A program made the position numbers and the translations under genes. DNA of 64,000 bases from contig OZ244252.1 of assembly GCA_965217185.1 (NCBI GenBank), forward strand, positions 192,001-256,000. Direction: 5' to 3'. Shown here one piece after another: positions 19,201 through 29,204 of the stretch. The notes under the pieces are model-generated. The model had not been told where the DNA came from and did no database searches. It worked only from the letters and a program-made list of their open reading frames with translations. Numbering within the stretch: position 1 is the first letter of the stretch; every line of letters starts with the position of its first letter. The stretch is from an uncultured Candidatus Entotheonella sp. (GTDB lineage Bacteria > Tectomicrobia > Entotheonellia > Entotheonellales > Entotheonellaceae).

Positions 19201-20226
19201 CTACTTGGCGACCGGGTTGGTTACCGTGGCGGGCGCGTTACCACGCTGGAGATCAAGGAAGGGCAACAGGGAAGATTGCTGTTTAGCGTCAAACACGAAC
19301 ACCTGTCTGACCTCGGGTAGAACGTCCTGCATCGTTTCCAGATAGAGGCGGCGGCGAGTAACGTCCGGAGCTTTCTGGTATTCGATGAGCACGGCGTTGA
19401 AGCGGGCCACGTCGCCCTTGGCGGAATTGACGCGCTGGATGGCATAACCCTCCGCCTTGGCGAGGGTGCGGTCTGCTTCGCCCCGCTCACGCGGCACCTC
19501 CTGGTTGTACTCCTGCCGCGCCTGATTGATCTTCCTCTCCTGCTCCTGCTGCGCCTCGTTTACCTCGTTGAAGGCGCGCTTGACGGCGTCGGAAGGGGGC
19601 GTGACGTTCTGCATCTTCACCGCCTCGATGCGCAGGCCGGTTTCGTAGAGGTCCAGCAACTCCTGCATTTTCTCCTCTACCTCGCTGGCGATCTCCATGC
19701 GGCGCTCGGTCAGCACCTCGGTGACGGTGTGATCGCCGACCACCGTGCGCATGACGATCTGGGCCACGTCGCGCAAGGCCGGCACCGGGTCGCGGTTGGC
19801 GAACAGGAATTTCACCGGATCGGAGATGCGGTATTGGACGATCCACTCAACATCGGCCACGTTGAGGTCGCCGGTGAGCATGATGGCCTCTTCGGGGTAT
19901 GAGCGCGGGCTGAAACGCGTTCGCACCCCCGGCTCTTCCGTGCGGAAACCGAACTCCTCCTTGTGGATGCGCTCCACCTTTACCTTGCTGACGGTTTCCA
20001 CGCCAAACGGCAATTTGTAGCGCAGCCCCGGATCTTCGAGGCGGACGTATCTGCCGAAGCGTTGAACGACCCCGACTTCGTCGGCCTCGATCGTGTAAAA
20101 AACCGTCAAGAGAATGCTCAGACCTACCAGTACCAGGACGCCGATAATGACTAGTCCCTTTGGGGGACGGGGGATGTTGCCGTCAAACGACAGTTCACGA
20201 TCCAGACCATCATTGTCTCCTTGCAT
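19201..20226 (-). CDS. hflK: FtsH protease modulator HflK
   Basis: MLTGDLNVADVEW, YQKAPDVTRRRLYLETM. Confidence 0.93.
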   Translation of the reverse strand: MQGDNDGLDRELSFDGNIPRPPKGLVIIGVLVLVGLSILLTVFYTIEADEVGVVQRFGRYVRLEDPGLRYKLPFGVETVSKVKVERIHKEEFGFRTEEPGVRTRFSPRSYPEEAIMLTGDLNVADVEWIVQYRISDPVKFLFANRDPVPALRDVAQIVMRTVVGDHTVTEVLTERRMEIASEVEEKMQELLDLYETGLRIEAVKMQNVTPPSDAVKRAFNEVNEAQQEQERKINQARQEYNQEVPRERGEADRTLAKAEGYAIQRVNSAKGDVARFNAVLIEYQKAPDVTRRRLYLETMQDVLPEVRQVFVFDAKQQSSLLPFLDLQRGNAPATVTNPVAK

Positions 20227-20492
20227 CTCGATTTCTCCTTCCTGAGCCGATGCCGTGCGGGCTCTGGCGCTGCCATCGTCAGTTACCCCACCCGAATGGT
20301 AACGCGCCGCAAATTATCAGGGTTTCGATGCGGTAGAGTATACGGGAAAATGTTCAGGGCGGCACGGCGATCGCCCTCACGTTGCCCGGTCCGGCGTGTT
20401 GACGCTGTGCCGGGCATCAAGTACGATGCCGTGCCTGCATTCTTGTCGTTCTTCCCGACGACCTTTCAGCCTTGGGCCAGCAGGCTTTGAGC

Positions 20493-21089
20493 ATGCAAAA
20501 CGAAGAAATAGAGGTCAAGTTTGTCCTTGATGACTTGGCGGCCATGCGCCAGTGCGTTGTCGATATGGGCGCGGTCCTCAAAACTCCCCGCACGTACGAA
20601 AACAACATCACGTACGATACCGCCGAGGGTCGGCTGCGGCAGGGCGGCCGACTGCTGCGGCTGCGGCGTGACCGGCGCAACGTGCTGACCTACAAGGAGC
20701 CGTTGCCGCACGAGGACGCCGATTTCAAGGTGCGGCAGGAGTTCGAGGTGGAGGTGAGCGACTTCGCGCAGGCGCAGTCCATCGTCGAAAGGCTTGGATT
20801 CGCGGCGTCGATGCGCTATGAGAAGTACCGCGAGACGTTCATCCATGAGGACGCCGAGATCGTTCTGGACGAGCTGCCGGTGGGGAACTTCATGGAGATC
20901 GAGGCGACGCGCGAGCAGATTCGCGCCATCACGGCCGCCTTGGGCCTCGACTTTGCCGACCGGCTGCGCGGCAGTTACGGCGACATCCTTGAGGCCGTTT
21001 GCACCGCGTACGACCTGCCGTTGAGCGACATGACCTTCGACAACTTCCGCCATCTGACCGTCGATCTGCACGCCTGCCGCCTGACGTAG
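20493..21089 (+). CDS. CYTH-domain protein (class IV adenylate cyclase-like)
   Basis: EIEVKF, LLRLR, LTYK, YEKYRE, FMEIE. Confidence 0.85.
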   Translation: MQNEEIEVKFVLDDLAAMRQCVVDMGAVLKTPRTYENNITYDTAEGRLRQGGRLLRLRRDRRNVLTYKEPLPHEDADFKVRQEFEVEVSDFAQAQSIVERLGFAASMRYEKYRETFIHEDAEIVLDELPVGNFMEIEATREQIRAITAALGLDFADRLRGSYGDILEAVCTAYDLPLSDMTFDNFRHLTVDLHACRLT

Positions 21090-21111
21090 CGCACCGCCTT
21101 TCGGAGTCCCC

Positions 21112-21903
21112 ATGAAACCCCGCGTGTTGGTTCTGTCCGGTTGCGGCATCAATTGCGAGCGCGAGACGGCGTACGCCTTCAGCCTGCCGACGGTAGGCGG
21201 CGAGGCTGTCTGCGTACATCTGAACGACCTTGTCGCGGAACCCGATCAACTCGACGACTACCACATCATGGTCATTCCCGGCGGCTTTGCCTACGGGGAC
21301 GACATCGCCGCCGGCATCGTCCTGGCCACCCGGCTGCGCTACCGGCTGGAGCGGCCCTTGAGCAGGTTTTTGGCGGATGGTAAGCTGCTGCTCGGCATCT
21401 GCAACGGCTTTCAAGTCCTCGTCCGCCTTGGCGTTCTGCCTGCCGTAGGGGGGCAGAAATGGGACCAGGAAGCGACCCTGACCACCAACGATTCGGGAAA
21501 GTTCGAAGACCGTTGGGTGTACCTGCAAATCGATCCCGCTTGCCCCTCTCCCTTTGTGCAAGGCATTGATCGCCTCTACCTGCCGGTACGTCACGGCGAG
21601 GGCAAGTTTCTGACGCGGGATGACGATGTTTTGCGCGGCTTGCGGGCGAACCATCAGATCGCCGCCCGCTACCGCGGACCGGACGGCAACGCGGCACCCT
21701 ATCCCTGGAATCCCAACGGCTCGGTCGACGACGTGGCCGCGCTGTGCAATCCGAGCGGCCGGGTGTTCGGCCTCATGCCGCACCCGGAAGCCTATACGCA
21801 CCGCACCCACCACCCCCGCTGGACGCGCGAATCGCTGCCGGAAGAGGGGCAGGGGGTGGCGATCTTCCGCAACGCCGTTGCCTTTGCCCGTACCCACCTG
21901 TGA
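21112..21903 (+). CDS. purQ: phosphoribosylformylglycinamidine synthase glutaminase subunit
   Basis: GINCERE, PGGFAYGD, GICNGFQ, MPHPE. Confidence 0.93.
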   Translation: MKPRVLVLSGCGINCERETAYAFSLPTVGGEAVCVHLNDLVAEPDQLDDYHIMVIPGGFAYGDDIAAGIVLATRLRYRLERPLSRFLADGKLLLGICNGFQVLVRLGVLPAVGGQKWDQEATLTTNDSGKFEDRWVYLQIDPACPSPFVQGIDRLYLPVRHGEGKFLTRDDDVLRGLRANHQIAARYRGPDGNAAPYPWNPNGSVDDVAALCNPSGRVFGLMPHPEAYTHRTHHPRWTRESLPEEGQGVAIFRNAVAFARTHL

Positions 21904-21947
21904 CGCTCCGCAACCCTCTGGTCGTACATGATGATCTGCAATAAAGG

Positions 21948-23408
21948 ATGAAGCCTGTGATACGCCCGACTTCTGATTACCAGGGTTACGTGAATCCCTT
22001 GGTAGACCGCTATGCCAGCCAGGACATGAGCCACCTCTTCTCGCCGCAATACAAGTTTCAGACCTGGCGCCGCCTGTGGGTGGCGCTCGCCGAGGCTGAG
22101 GCCGAGGTGGGGCTGAACATCAGCCAGGCGCAGATCGAGGAGTTGCGGGCGCATGTCGAGGACATCAACTTCGAGGTGGCCGAGGCGCAGGAAAAAATTC
22201 TGCGGCACGACGTCATGGCGCACATTCATGCCTACGGCGCGCAATGTCCGCAGGCGCGCGGCATCATCCACCTGGGCGCCACCAGCGCCTTCGTGGGCGA
22301 CAACACCGACCTCATCCAGATGCGCACCGGGCTGGAACTGATCCGCACCCGCCTGGTCAACGTCATGGACGCCCTGGCGCGGTTTGCCGCCACGCACCGG
22401 GACGTGGTGACGTTGGGCTACACGCATTTCCAGCCCGCCCAACTGACCACCGTGGGCCGCCGCGCCGTGTTGTGGCTGCAGGACCTGACGTTTGACCTCG
22501 AGGACCTGGAGCACGTGCTGGCGACGCTGCACTTTCGCGGCGCCAAGGGCGCGACGGGCACCCAAGCCAGCTTCATGCGCCTGTGCAACGATGACGCCGA
22601 CAAGGTGAAGGCGATCGACCAGCGGGTGGCGGAAAAGATGGGGTTTGAGCGCACCCTGCCAGTGACCGGCCAGACGTACCCGCGCAAATATGACAGCCGG
22701 GTGCTGGGCGTTCTGGCGGCGGTGGCGCAATCGGCGCACAAGTTCAGCAACGACGTGCGGTTGTCGCAGAGCCTCGGCGAGATGGAGGAACCCTTCGGCA
22801 GCTCACAGGTCGGCTCATCGACCATGGCGTACAAGCGCAACCCGACGCGCAGCGAGCGCATCGCGGCGCTGTCGCGGCACGTGATCTGCAACAGCCTCAA
22901 TCCGGCGCTTACCGCGGCCGGGCAGTGGTTCGAGCGCACGATTGACGATTCCGCCAACAAGCGCCTGAGCATCCCGGAAGCCTTCCTGGCGGCGGACGCC
23001 ATTCTGATATTGTACCAGGAAGTCGCCTCGGGTCTCGTGGTATATCCGGCCGTGATGGCCCGCCGGGTGGCCGAGCACCTGCCCTTTCTGGTCACCGAGA
23101 ACCTCATGATGGAGGGTGTCGTCAAGGCCGCTGGCGATCGCCAGATTTTGCACGAGAAGATCCGTCAGCACGCCATGGAAACGTGGCACCACATGCGCGT
23201 TGACGGCGGTGAGAACGACCTGCTCGGACGCCTGCGCGACGATCCGGCCTTCGACGCGCTGCGGGCGCAGATACCCGACGCCCCGGTGCCGCATGCCTAC
23301 ACGGGCCGGGCGGCGCAGCAGGTGGATGAGTTCCTTGAAACGGTGTATCAACCCATTCGTGAGCGGCATGGCGCCCTGCTTGGCGCCGTTGTCGAGACAC
23401 ACGTGTAA
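21948..23408 (+). CDS. purB: adenylosuccinate lyase
   Basis: RHDVMAH, HLGATS, GYTHFQPAQ, SSTMAYKRNP. Confidence 0.95.
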   Translation: MKPVIRPTSDYQGYVNPLVDRYASQDMSHLFSPQYKFQTWRRLWVALAEAEAEVGLNISQAQIEELRAHVEDINFEVAEAQEKILRHDVMAHIHAYGAQCPQARGIIHLGATSAFVGDNTDLIQMRTGLELIRTRLVNVMDALARFAATHRDVVTLGYTHFQPAQLTTVGRRAVLWLQDLTFDLEDLEHVLATLHFRGAKGATGTQASFMRLCNDDADKVKAIDQRVAEKMGFERTLPVTGQTYPRKYDSRVLGVLAAVAQSAHKFSNDVRLSQSLGEMEEPFGSSQVGSSTMAYKRNPTRSERIAALSRHVICNSLNPALTAAGQWFERTIDDSANKRLSIPEAFLAADAILILYQEVASGLVVYPAVMARRVAEHLPFLVTENLMMEGVVKAAGDRQILHEKIRQHAMETWHHMRVDGGENDLLGRLRDDPAFDALRAQIPDAPVPHAYTGRAAQQVDEFLETVYQPIRERHGALLGAVVETHV

Positions 23409-23439
23409 TCGGGGCCGACAGTTCCGCCGTCCAGGTTTA

Positions 23440-23468
23440 TTGACAGCATTCTTTGCTAGCACTATCTT
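23440..23468 (+). promoter_or_regulatory. sigma70-type promoter of the toxin-antitoxin operon, with overlapping TGACAGCA/TGCTAGCA operator-like sites
   Basis: TTGACA-N17-TATCTT. Confidence 0.6.
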
Positions 23469-23518
23469 GCCTGGGTTGAAAGGTCCCGATGGATGGAAGC
23501 AGAGAAGGAGGTGCTCCG

Positions 23519-23776
23519 GTGAACTCGGTCATTACCGTCCGCAATATCGATCCGGGCGACAAGTTCTGGATCGAGCGCGAAGCGCGCCATCGCGGTATTT
23601 CGATGGAGGAGTTCGTCCGCCGTCTGATCCGCGAGAAGCGCGAGAAATCGGAACGCCGCGAACCCCCCTCCCAGGCATTCAGACGGTATTTCGGGTCGGA
23701 ACACGGAGTCGAACTGCCGCTGGCCCGGCGCTACGGATACAGGCCGGTAACGCTCCCTGACGGGAGCCGGACGTGA
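23519..23776 (+). CDS. FitA-like ribbon-helix-helix antitoxin
   Basis: ITVRNID...ARHRGISMEEFVRRLI; AGGAGG before GTG 23519; GTGA overlap with the PIN gene. Confidence 0.8.
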   Translation: MNSVITVRNIDPGDKFWIEREARHRGISMEEFVRRLIREKREKSERREPPSQAFRRYFGSEHGVELPLARRYGYRPVTLPDGSRT

Positions 23777-24219
23777 CTGCTCCCACGGCTTGGCTCCTCG
23801 ACACGAACGTCGTTTCCGAGATGATGCGGCCGAGCCCGGAGCCGAGCGTTGCCGGGTTTCTCGATAGGATTGCCGCCGAGGGGATTGGCTTGGCCGCAAT
23901 TACCGTCTGGGAAATCTTGAACGGCGTCGGGCAATTGGACCTCGGACAACGTCGTGATGACCTTGCCGAGCGGTTTCAACTGCTGTTGGACGACTTTTTC
24001 GAAGGCCGTATCTTCGACTGGTCGGTTGCCGATGCCCGCGCCTGTGCTCTGATCATGGAAGAAAAGCGCCGCCAGGGAGAGCCGCTCGACAGCCATTTAC
24101 CCGATGCGATGTTGGCGGGAACCGCAAGACACCACGACCTCGCCGTCGTCACACGCAATGAGCGGGAGTTCCGCAATACGGGCGTCAGGGTGGTCAACCC
24201 CTGGTCGGATGCCGGTTAA
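23773..24219 (+). CDS. vapC: VapC/FitB-family PIN-domain toxin
   Basis: LLDTNVVSE, DAMLAGTA, VVTRNEREF, VVNPW. Confidence 0.9.
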   Translation: MTAPTAWLLDTNVVSEMMRPSPEPSVAGFLDRIAAEGIGLAAITVWEILNGVGQLDLGQRRDDLAERFQLLLDDFFEGRIFDWSVADARACALIMEEKRRQGEPLDSHLPDAMLAGTARHHDLAVVTRNEREFRNTGVRVVNPWSDAG

Positions 24220-24322
24220 TCGACATGAAGCGATACGGTAAATTTCCACCTTTCTGACTTGCCGCCTATCATCCTCGTCAAAACGTATTCATGAGACGAA
24301 TTCTGACCCTGGGGACAACGAC

Positions 24323-25594
24323 ATGCTGGACATCCGATTCATCCGTGAGCAGCCCGACACCGTTCAGGCCGGGGCGCGCAAAAAGCGCATCGACATCGAC
24401 ATCCGGCAGTTGCTGGAGGTGGACGAGCAGCGGCGGCGCCTGCTGGGCCGGGTCGAGGACCTGAAGGCGCAGCGCAACAAGATGTCCAGGGAGATCGCCA
24501 CGCTGCAAGGGGAGCCCAAGCAGGCGGCAATCGCCGCGATGAAGGAGGTGGCGGCGGAGAGCAAGGGCCTGGAGGGGTCGCTGCGGGACGCGGAATCGGC
24601 CTACGAGGCGTTGATGCTGCGGGTTCCGAACGTGCCCGCCGACGAGGTGCCCGAGGGCGAGACGGACGCCGACAACGTCGTCATCAAGACCTGGGGCGAA
24701 CCGCCGCGCTTCGGCTTCACGCCGCTCGATCACGTCGAGCTTGGCGAGCGGCTGGATATCATCGACATTCCCAGGGCCGTCAAGCTGGCCGGGGCTCGCA
24801 CCTATTTCCTGAAGAACGCCGGCGCGCTCCTCGAACAGGCGGTTTTGCAATTCGCCCTGCACCACATGGTGCGCAAGGGTTTCGCGCCCTTCCTGGTGCC
24901 CCACTTGGTGAAGGACGAGCCGATGGTGGGCACGGCGTATTTTCCCGTCGGCCAGGAGCAGACGTACCGCCTGCCGGAGGACAGCATGAACCTCATCGGC
25001 ACTGCCGAGGTGCCGCTCACCGCCTACCGCGCCAACGAGATTCTTACCGAGAGCGACCTGCCGAATTACTCGGTGGGGCTGTCGAGTTGCTACCGCCGCG
25101 AGGCCGGCACTTACGGCAAGGACACGCGCGGGCTCTTTCGCATTCATCAGTTCCAGAAGGTGGAGCAGGTGGTGCTGTGCGCCAACGACCCGGCGGTGTC
25201 GGTACGGGAGCACGAGCACATTCTGGGCAACGCCGAGGAAATCCTGCAGGCGCTGGGTCTGCCGTACCGGGTCGTGCTGGTGTGCGGCGGCGACCTGGGG
25301 GTGCCGCAGGTCAAAAAGTACGACATCGAGACCTGGATGCCCGGGCGGCAGGCGTACAGCGAAACGCATTCGGCGTCGAAGTTTCACGATTTCCAGGCGC
25401 GCCGCCTGAACCTGCGCTACCGCACCCAGGACGGTAAGCTGAGCTTCGTCCATACCCTGAACAACACGGTGGTCGCTTCGCCGCGCATCCTCATCCCGCT
25501 GCTGGAGGTGCACCAGCGTGCCGACGGCAGTGTGGCGATTCCAGAGGTCTTGCAGCCGTTTATGGGGGGGATTGAAGTGATCGAGAAGCGTTGA
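24323..25594 (+). CDS. serS: seryl-tRNA synthetase
   Basis: MLDIRFIRE, LIGTAEVP, YRREAG...RIHQFQKVE, HTLNNT. Confidence 0.97.
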   Translation: MLDIRFIREQPDTVQAGARKKRIDIDIRQLLEVDEQRRRLLGRVEDLKAQRNKMSREIATLQGEPKQAAIAAMKEVAAESKGLEGSLRDAESAYEALMLRVPNVPADEVPEGETDADNVVIKTWGEPPRFGFTPLDHVELGERLDIIDIPRAVKLAGARTYFLKNAGALLEQAVLQFALHHMVRKGFAPFLVPHLVKDEPMVGTAYFPVGQEQTYRLPEDSMNLIGTAEVPLTAYRANEILTESDLPNYSVGLSSCYRREAGTYGKDTRGLFRIHQFQKVEQVVLCANDPAVSVREHEHILGNAEEILQALGLPYRVVLVCGGDLGVPQVKKYDIETWMPGRQAYSETHSASKFHDFQARRLNLRYRTQDGKLSFVHTLNNTVVASPRILIPLLEVHQRADGSVAIPEVLQPFMGGIEVIEKR

Positions 25595-25615
25595 ACGGAT
25601 GATTGAAGCGCCCGT

Positions 25616-26419
25616 CTAAAGACCGCCGCCGTCCGGCAGCAGGGGGTCCGGCAGGGGGGTGCCGGTGTACAGCACGACGGCCTGCCCCTCAATCTCGTCC
25701 TGGCGTGCTTCCAGCGCCACCCGGTGTGTGTCAGCCGATTCCCGCCAGAACGCCTTGCCGCCCCGGCGGATGAGGAACAGGAGCCGCTCCTGCGTCTCGG
25801 GTGGAACCTCCAACCGCTGCAACAAGTCGTTGAGCGGATCGGCTGCCAGGGTGAATTGCTCGCTCTGCGGGTAAAGTGGCACAACGCGTTCCAACGGCCG
25901 GCCGCGCGGGTGGAAAAGGGCGACCAGCGTCTGCCCTTGCCCCGCCTGCTTGTCGACCCTGTAGTAACGCAGCACGCGGCGCTTGGCGCCGGGCGTCAGG
26001 GGTTGGAAGAGCAGCGCTTCGTAGGTGGCACCGGCTTGCTCGAACTGCACGTCGTCATAGGGTGGGTCGAAAAAGAGGTCGAAAACCTCGGCGTCGAAGG
26101 CCAATTCGATCCAGTACGAACCAGGGGGCAGGGTCAGGCGTAGGGGAGTCTTGCCGCGATAGGCTTCCGGATTGGTATCGTGCGATGGGACTTCCTCAGG
26201 GTCGTAAGGCTGCACGTAGACGTCCGCCGCTTCAGGAATCGAGGTCACCCATACTTCGTTCGCCGTCACCTGCACGGGCATGCCGGTAGGCATCCGCTCG
26301 CTGAAGTCATAGGACTGATACAGGGCCTCGCAGCCACCCAGCAGCACGGCGGCCGCTGCAATAAGGCATACTGCCCAGCACGTTTTGAAGCGACCGATGG
26401 GGTTCATGCCCGCCTTCAT
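25616..26419 (-). CDS. putative lipoprotein with PEGA-like domain
   Basis: LLGGC lipobox; VTSIPEAADVYV...GKTPLRLTLPPGSY. Confidence 0.65.
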   Translation of the reverse strand: MKAGMNPIGRFKTCWAVCLIAAAAVLLGGCEALYQSYDFSERMPTGMPVQVTANEVWVTSIPEAADVYVQPYDPEEVPSHDTNPEAYRGKTPLRLTLPPGSYWIELAFDAEVFDLFFDPPYDDVQFEQAGATYEALLFQPLTPGAKRRVLRYYRVDKQAGQGQTLVALFHPRGRPLERVVPLYPQSEQFTLAADPLNDLLQRLEVPPETQERLLFLIRRGGKAFWRESADTHRVALEARQDEIEGQAVVLYTGTPLPDPLLPDGGGL

Positions 26420-26447
26420 GATTCTACCTGGAACGTTTTCGGATCAT

Positions 26448-26512
26448 CCCCTCTCCCACGAAGAGGGTTTCACCCCCTCTCCCCTGGAGGGCTAGGGTTG
26501 GGGTGAGGGGGA
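26448..26512. repeat. REP-like palindromic element
   Basis: ccctctcccacgaagaggg and ccctctcccctggagggctagggttggggtgaggg. Confidence 0.45.
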
Positions 26513-26569
26513 AATCTGAGGTGAGACACGACCCGGTTTCTTCACGATTCAATCCGATACGGAAATACC

Positions 26570-27553
26570 CTACGTTTTCCGTTCGTACACCTCGGGATTG
26601 ACCACGTGCTGCGGCCGTTCGCCTTGCAGCGCGGCGACCGCGTTTTGCGCCGCCATCACCGCCATGCGCGTGCGGCTGGCAACCGAGGCGCTGCCGATGT
26701 GCGGCAGCAGAACGACGTTCTCCAAGTCCTTCAGCGCCTGCGGCACCTCGGGTTCCTGCTCGAAGACGTCCAGTCCCGCACCGGCGATCCACTGTTCCTG
26801 CAACGCACGGATGACGGCCGCTTCGTCGACGACCGGCCCCCGCGACGTGTTGATGAGGTAGGCCGTCGGCTGCATCATGCGCAACTCTTTTTCACCGATG
26901 AGATGCTGGGTTTCGGTGTTGAGCGGCGTGTGCACGCTGACGAAATCGGCGTTTTGCAGAAGCGTATCCAGCTCCACCCAGGTGGCGCCGAGCTCGGATT
27001 CCAGGTCTTCTGGCAGTCGATGCCGGTTGTGGTAGAGGATCGTCATGCCGAAGCCGCTTGCCCGCCGCGCCACCGCTTGCCCGATGCGCCCCATGCCGAC
27101 GATGCCGAGGGTGCGGCCGTGCACGTCGTGGCCCAGTAGCACCATCAGGCGCCACTCCTTCCACTTGCCGGCGCGGATATAGCGGTCCGCTTCGGGAATG
27201 CGCCGCGCGATGCTGAACAGCAGGCCCCACGTCAGGTCGGCGGTGGATTCGGTGACGACGCCCGGTGTGTTGGTAACCACCACGCCTCGCTGGGTGGCGG
27301 CCGGCACGTCCACGTTGTCGTAGCCTGCCGCCACGTTTGCCACTACCTTGAGACCGGCGCCCGCTTCCAGGAACGCCGCGTCGATCATGTCGGTGACCAC
27401 GGAAATCACCCCATCCATGCCGGCGACGGCTCGGCGCAAGGTGGTGGCATCGAGGGGTTGGTCCAGGGGGGTGAAGTGAACGTCGCAGGCCCGCCGGGCA
27501 ACCTCGACGGCTTCGTCGGCCAGTTTGTGGGTGATGAGTACGCGGGGTGCCAT
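26570..27553 (-). CDS. D-2-hydroxyacid dehydrogenase (glyoxylate reductase/D-glycerate dehydrogenase)
   Basis: AGYDNVD, GMGRIG, INTSRG, DVFEQEP, PHIGSAS. Confidence 0.9.
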   Translation of the reverse strand: MAPRVLITHKLADEAVEVARRACDVHFTPLDQPLDATTLRRAVAGMDGVISVVTDMIDAAFLEAGAGLKVVANVAAGYDNVDVPAATQRGVVVTNTPGVVTESTADLTWGLLFSIARRIPEADRYIRAGKWKEWRLMVLLGHDVHGRTLGIVGMGRIGQAVARRASGFGMTILYHNRHRLPEDLESELGATWVELDTLLQNADFVSVHTPLNTETQHLIGEKELRMMQPTAYLINTSRGPVVDEAAVIRALQEQWIAGAGLDVFEQEPEVPQALKDLENVVLLPHIGSASVASRTRMAVMAAQNAVAALQGERPQHVVNPEVYERKT

Positions 27554-27557
27554 GCGC

Positions 27558-29159
27558 CTATGCCTCGGCGGCGGCTTTTTGTTGCTCCGTTTCGACCAGC
27601 ACGCGGCGCAACACCTTGCCTGAGGCGGTCTTGGGAATGCTGGCGACGAACTCGACCTCGCGCACCTTCTTGTAGCCGGCGATGCGGCTGGCCACGAATT
27701 CCATCAGCACGTCCGCGGCGACCTCCTCGCCCGGGTGCAGGATGACCAGAGCCTTGGGAATTTCTCCCGCCTCGGCGTCCGGCTTGCCGAAGACGGCGCA
27801 ATCGGCGACGGCAGGGTGCTGGAACAGCGCCGCCTCGACTTCCGCGGGGGCGACGGAGAAGCCCTTGTATTTGATCATCTCTTTCTTGCGGTCAACGATG
27901 TAGACGTATCCCTGATCGTCGATGCGCGCCACGTCGCCGGTCGCCAGCCAACCGTCGCGCAGCACAAGGCCCGTTTCTTCGGGAGCCTTCCAGTAGCCCT
28001 TCATGACGTGGGGGCCCTTGATGAGCAGCTCGCCGACGCCGCCGGTGCTCAGTTCCTGCTCGCCGGTGGTGAGATCGACGATCTTCTGCTCCTGATTCGG
28101 CACCGCCAGGCCGACCGAATCGGGCTTCACGCAGCCCTGATCGACGGGGTTCAGGTGCGTCACCGGAGAGGCTTCCGTGAGGCCGTATCCCTGCAGGACG
28201 CACACGCCGGTTTTGTCCTGCACGCGCTGCCCCACCTCGGGTGCCAGAGGCGCGGCCCCGACCATGATGTAGCGCATGTGCGAGAGGTCGAACTGATCGA
28301 CGTTCGGGTAGTTGCCCAAGGCGACCATGATAGGCGGCACGGCGTAATACAGGGTGACTTTGTACTGCTGCGCCAGGGCCAGCGAGCGCTCCAGATCGAA
28401 TGCCTCCATGATGACCAAGGTCGCACCGGCGTATATGCCCCCGCCCACCAGCATCATGCCGTAGATGTGGTAGAAGGGCAGGAAGATGAGCAGGGTATCG
28501 CGCTCCGCCATGCGCCCGCTGGAGATGAACTGAATGTTGTTGGCCACCAGATTCTGATGGCTCAGCATGACGCCTTTGGGCAGGCCGGTAGTGCCGCTGG
28601 AGTAGGGCAGGGCCACCAAGTCCTCGGCCCAGTTCAGCGCCAATTGCGGCGGGTGCTTCGGGGACGAGCGCCGGATGAGGTCGCGAAAGAGGTGCGTCTT
28701 CGGCTCGGCGTTGCGCCCGACGATCACCACTTCTTTGAGGCTCGGCACCTTTGAGCGCACCGATTTGACTAGCGGGTAGAGCGACTCCTGCACGACCAGC
28801 ACGCTGGCTTCGGCGTCGTTGAGCTGGTGTTGGATCTCGTCTTTCTTGTAGGCGGGATTCAAAGGTGTGGCCACGGCGCCCAGGCGGGCGGCGGCGTAGA
28901 AGCTGATGATGTATTCCGGGCGGTTGGCCATGTAAAGGGCAACACGGTCGCCCTTTTTGACGCCGATGCTGCTCAAGGCGTTGGCGATACTGTTGGTCAG
29001 TCCGTCGAGCTCTCGGTACGAGATTTTCTGCCCCTGAAAAATGACTGCCTCTTTTTCCGGAAAGCGCTGAGCCGTCTCCCACAGCATCTCACCAAAGGGA
29101 ATTTCCGGAATGTCGATGTCGGCTCGAAAGAAATCCCCAAGCGTGCTGTCTGGGGTCAT
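27558..29159 (-). CDS. acyl-CoA synthetase (long-chain fatty acid/4-coumarate-CoA ligase-like)
   Basis: YSSGTTGLPKG, GYGLTE, TGD, PKTASGK. Confidence 0.9.
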   Translation of the reverse strand: MTPDSTLGDFFRADIDIPEIPFGEMLWETAQRFPEKEAVIFQGQKISYRELDGLTNSIANALSSIGVKKGDRVALYMANRPEYIISFYAAARLGAVATPLNPAYKKDEIQHQLNDAEASVLVVQESLYPLVKSVRSKVPSLKEVVIVGRNAEPKTHLFRDLIRRSSPKHPPQLALNWAEDLVALPYSSGTTGLPKGVMLSHQNLVANNIQFISSGRMAERDTLLIFLPFYHIYGMMLVGGGIYAGATLVIMEAFDLERSLALAQQYKVTLYYAVPPIMVALGNYPNVDQFDLSHMRYIMVGAAPLAPEVGQRVQDKTGVCVLQGYGLTEASPVTHLNPVDQGCVKPDSVGLAVPNQEQKIVDLTTGEQELSTGGVGELLIKGPHVMKGYWKAPEETGLVLRDGWLATGDVARIDDQGYVYIVDRKKEMIKYKGFSVAPAEVEAALFQHPAVADCAVFGKPDAEAGEIPKALVILHPGEEVAADVLMEFVASRIAGYKKVREVEFVASIPKTASGKVLRRVLVETEQQKAAAEA

Positions 29160-29204
29160 GCAGCATCTCCTCGGTCGTTGTGTTGTGTGCGGGATGTCCA
29201 ATTA

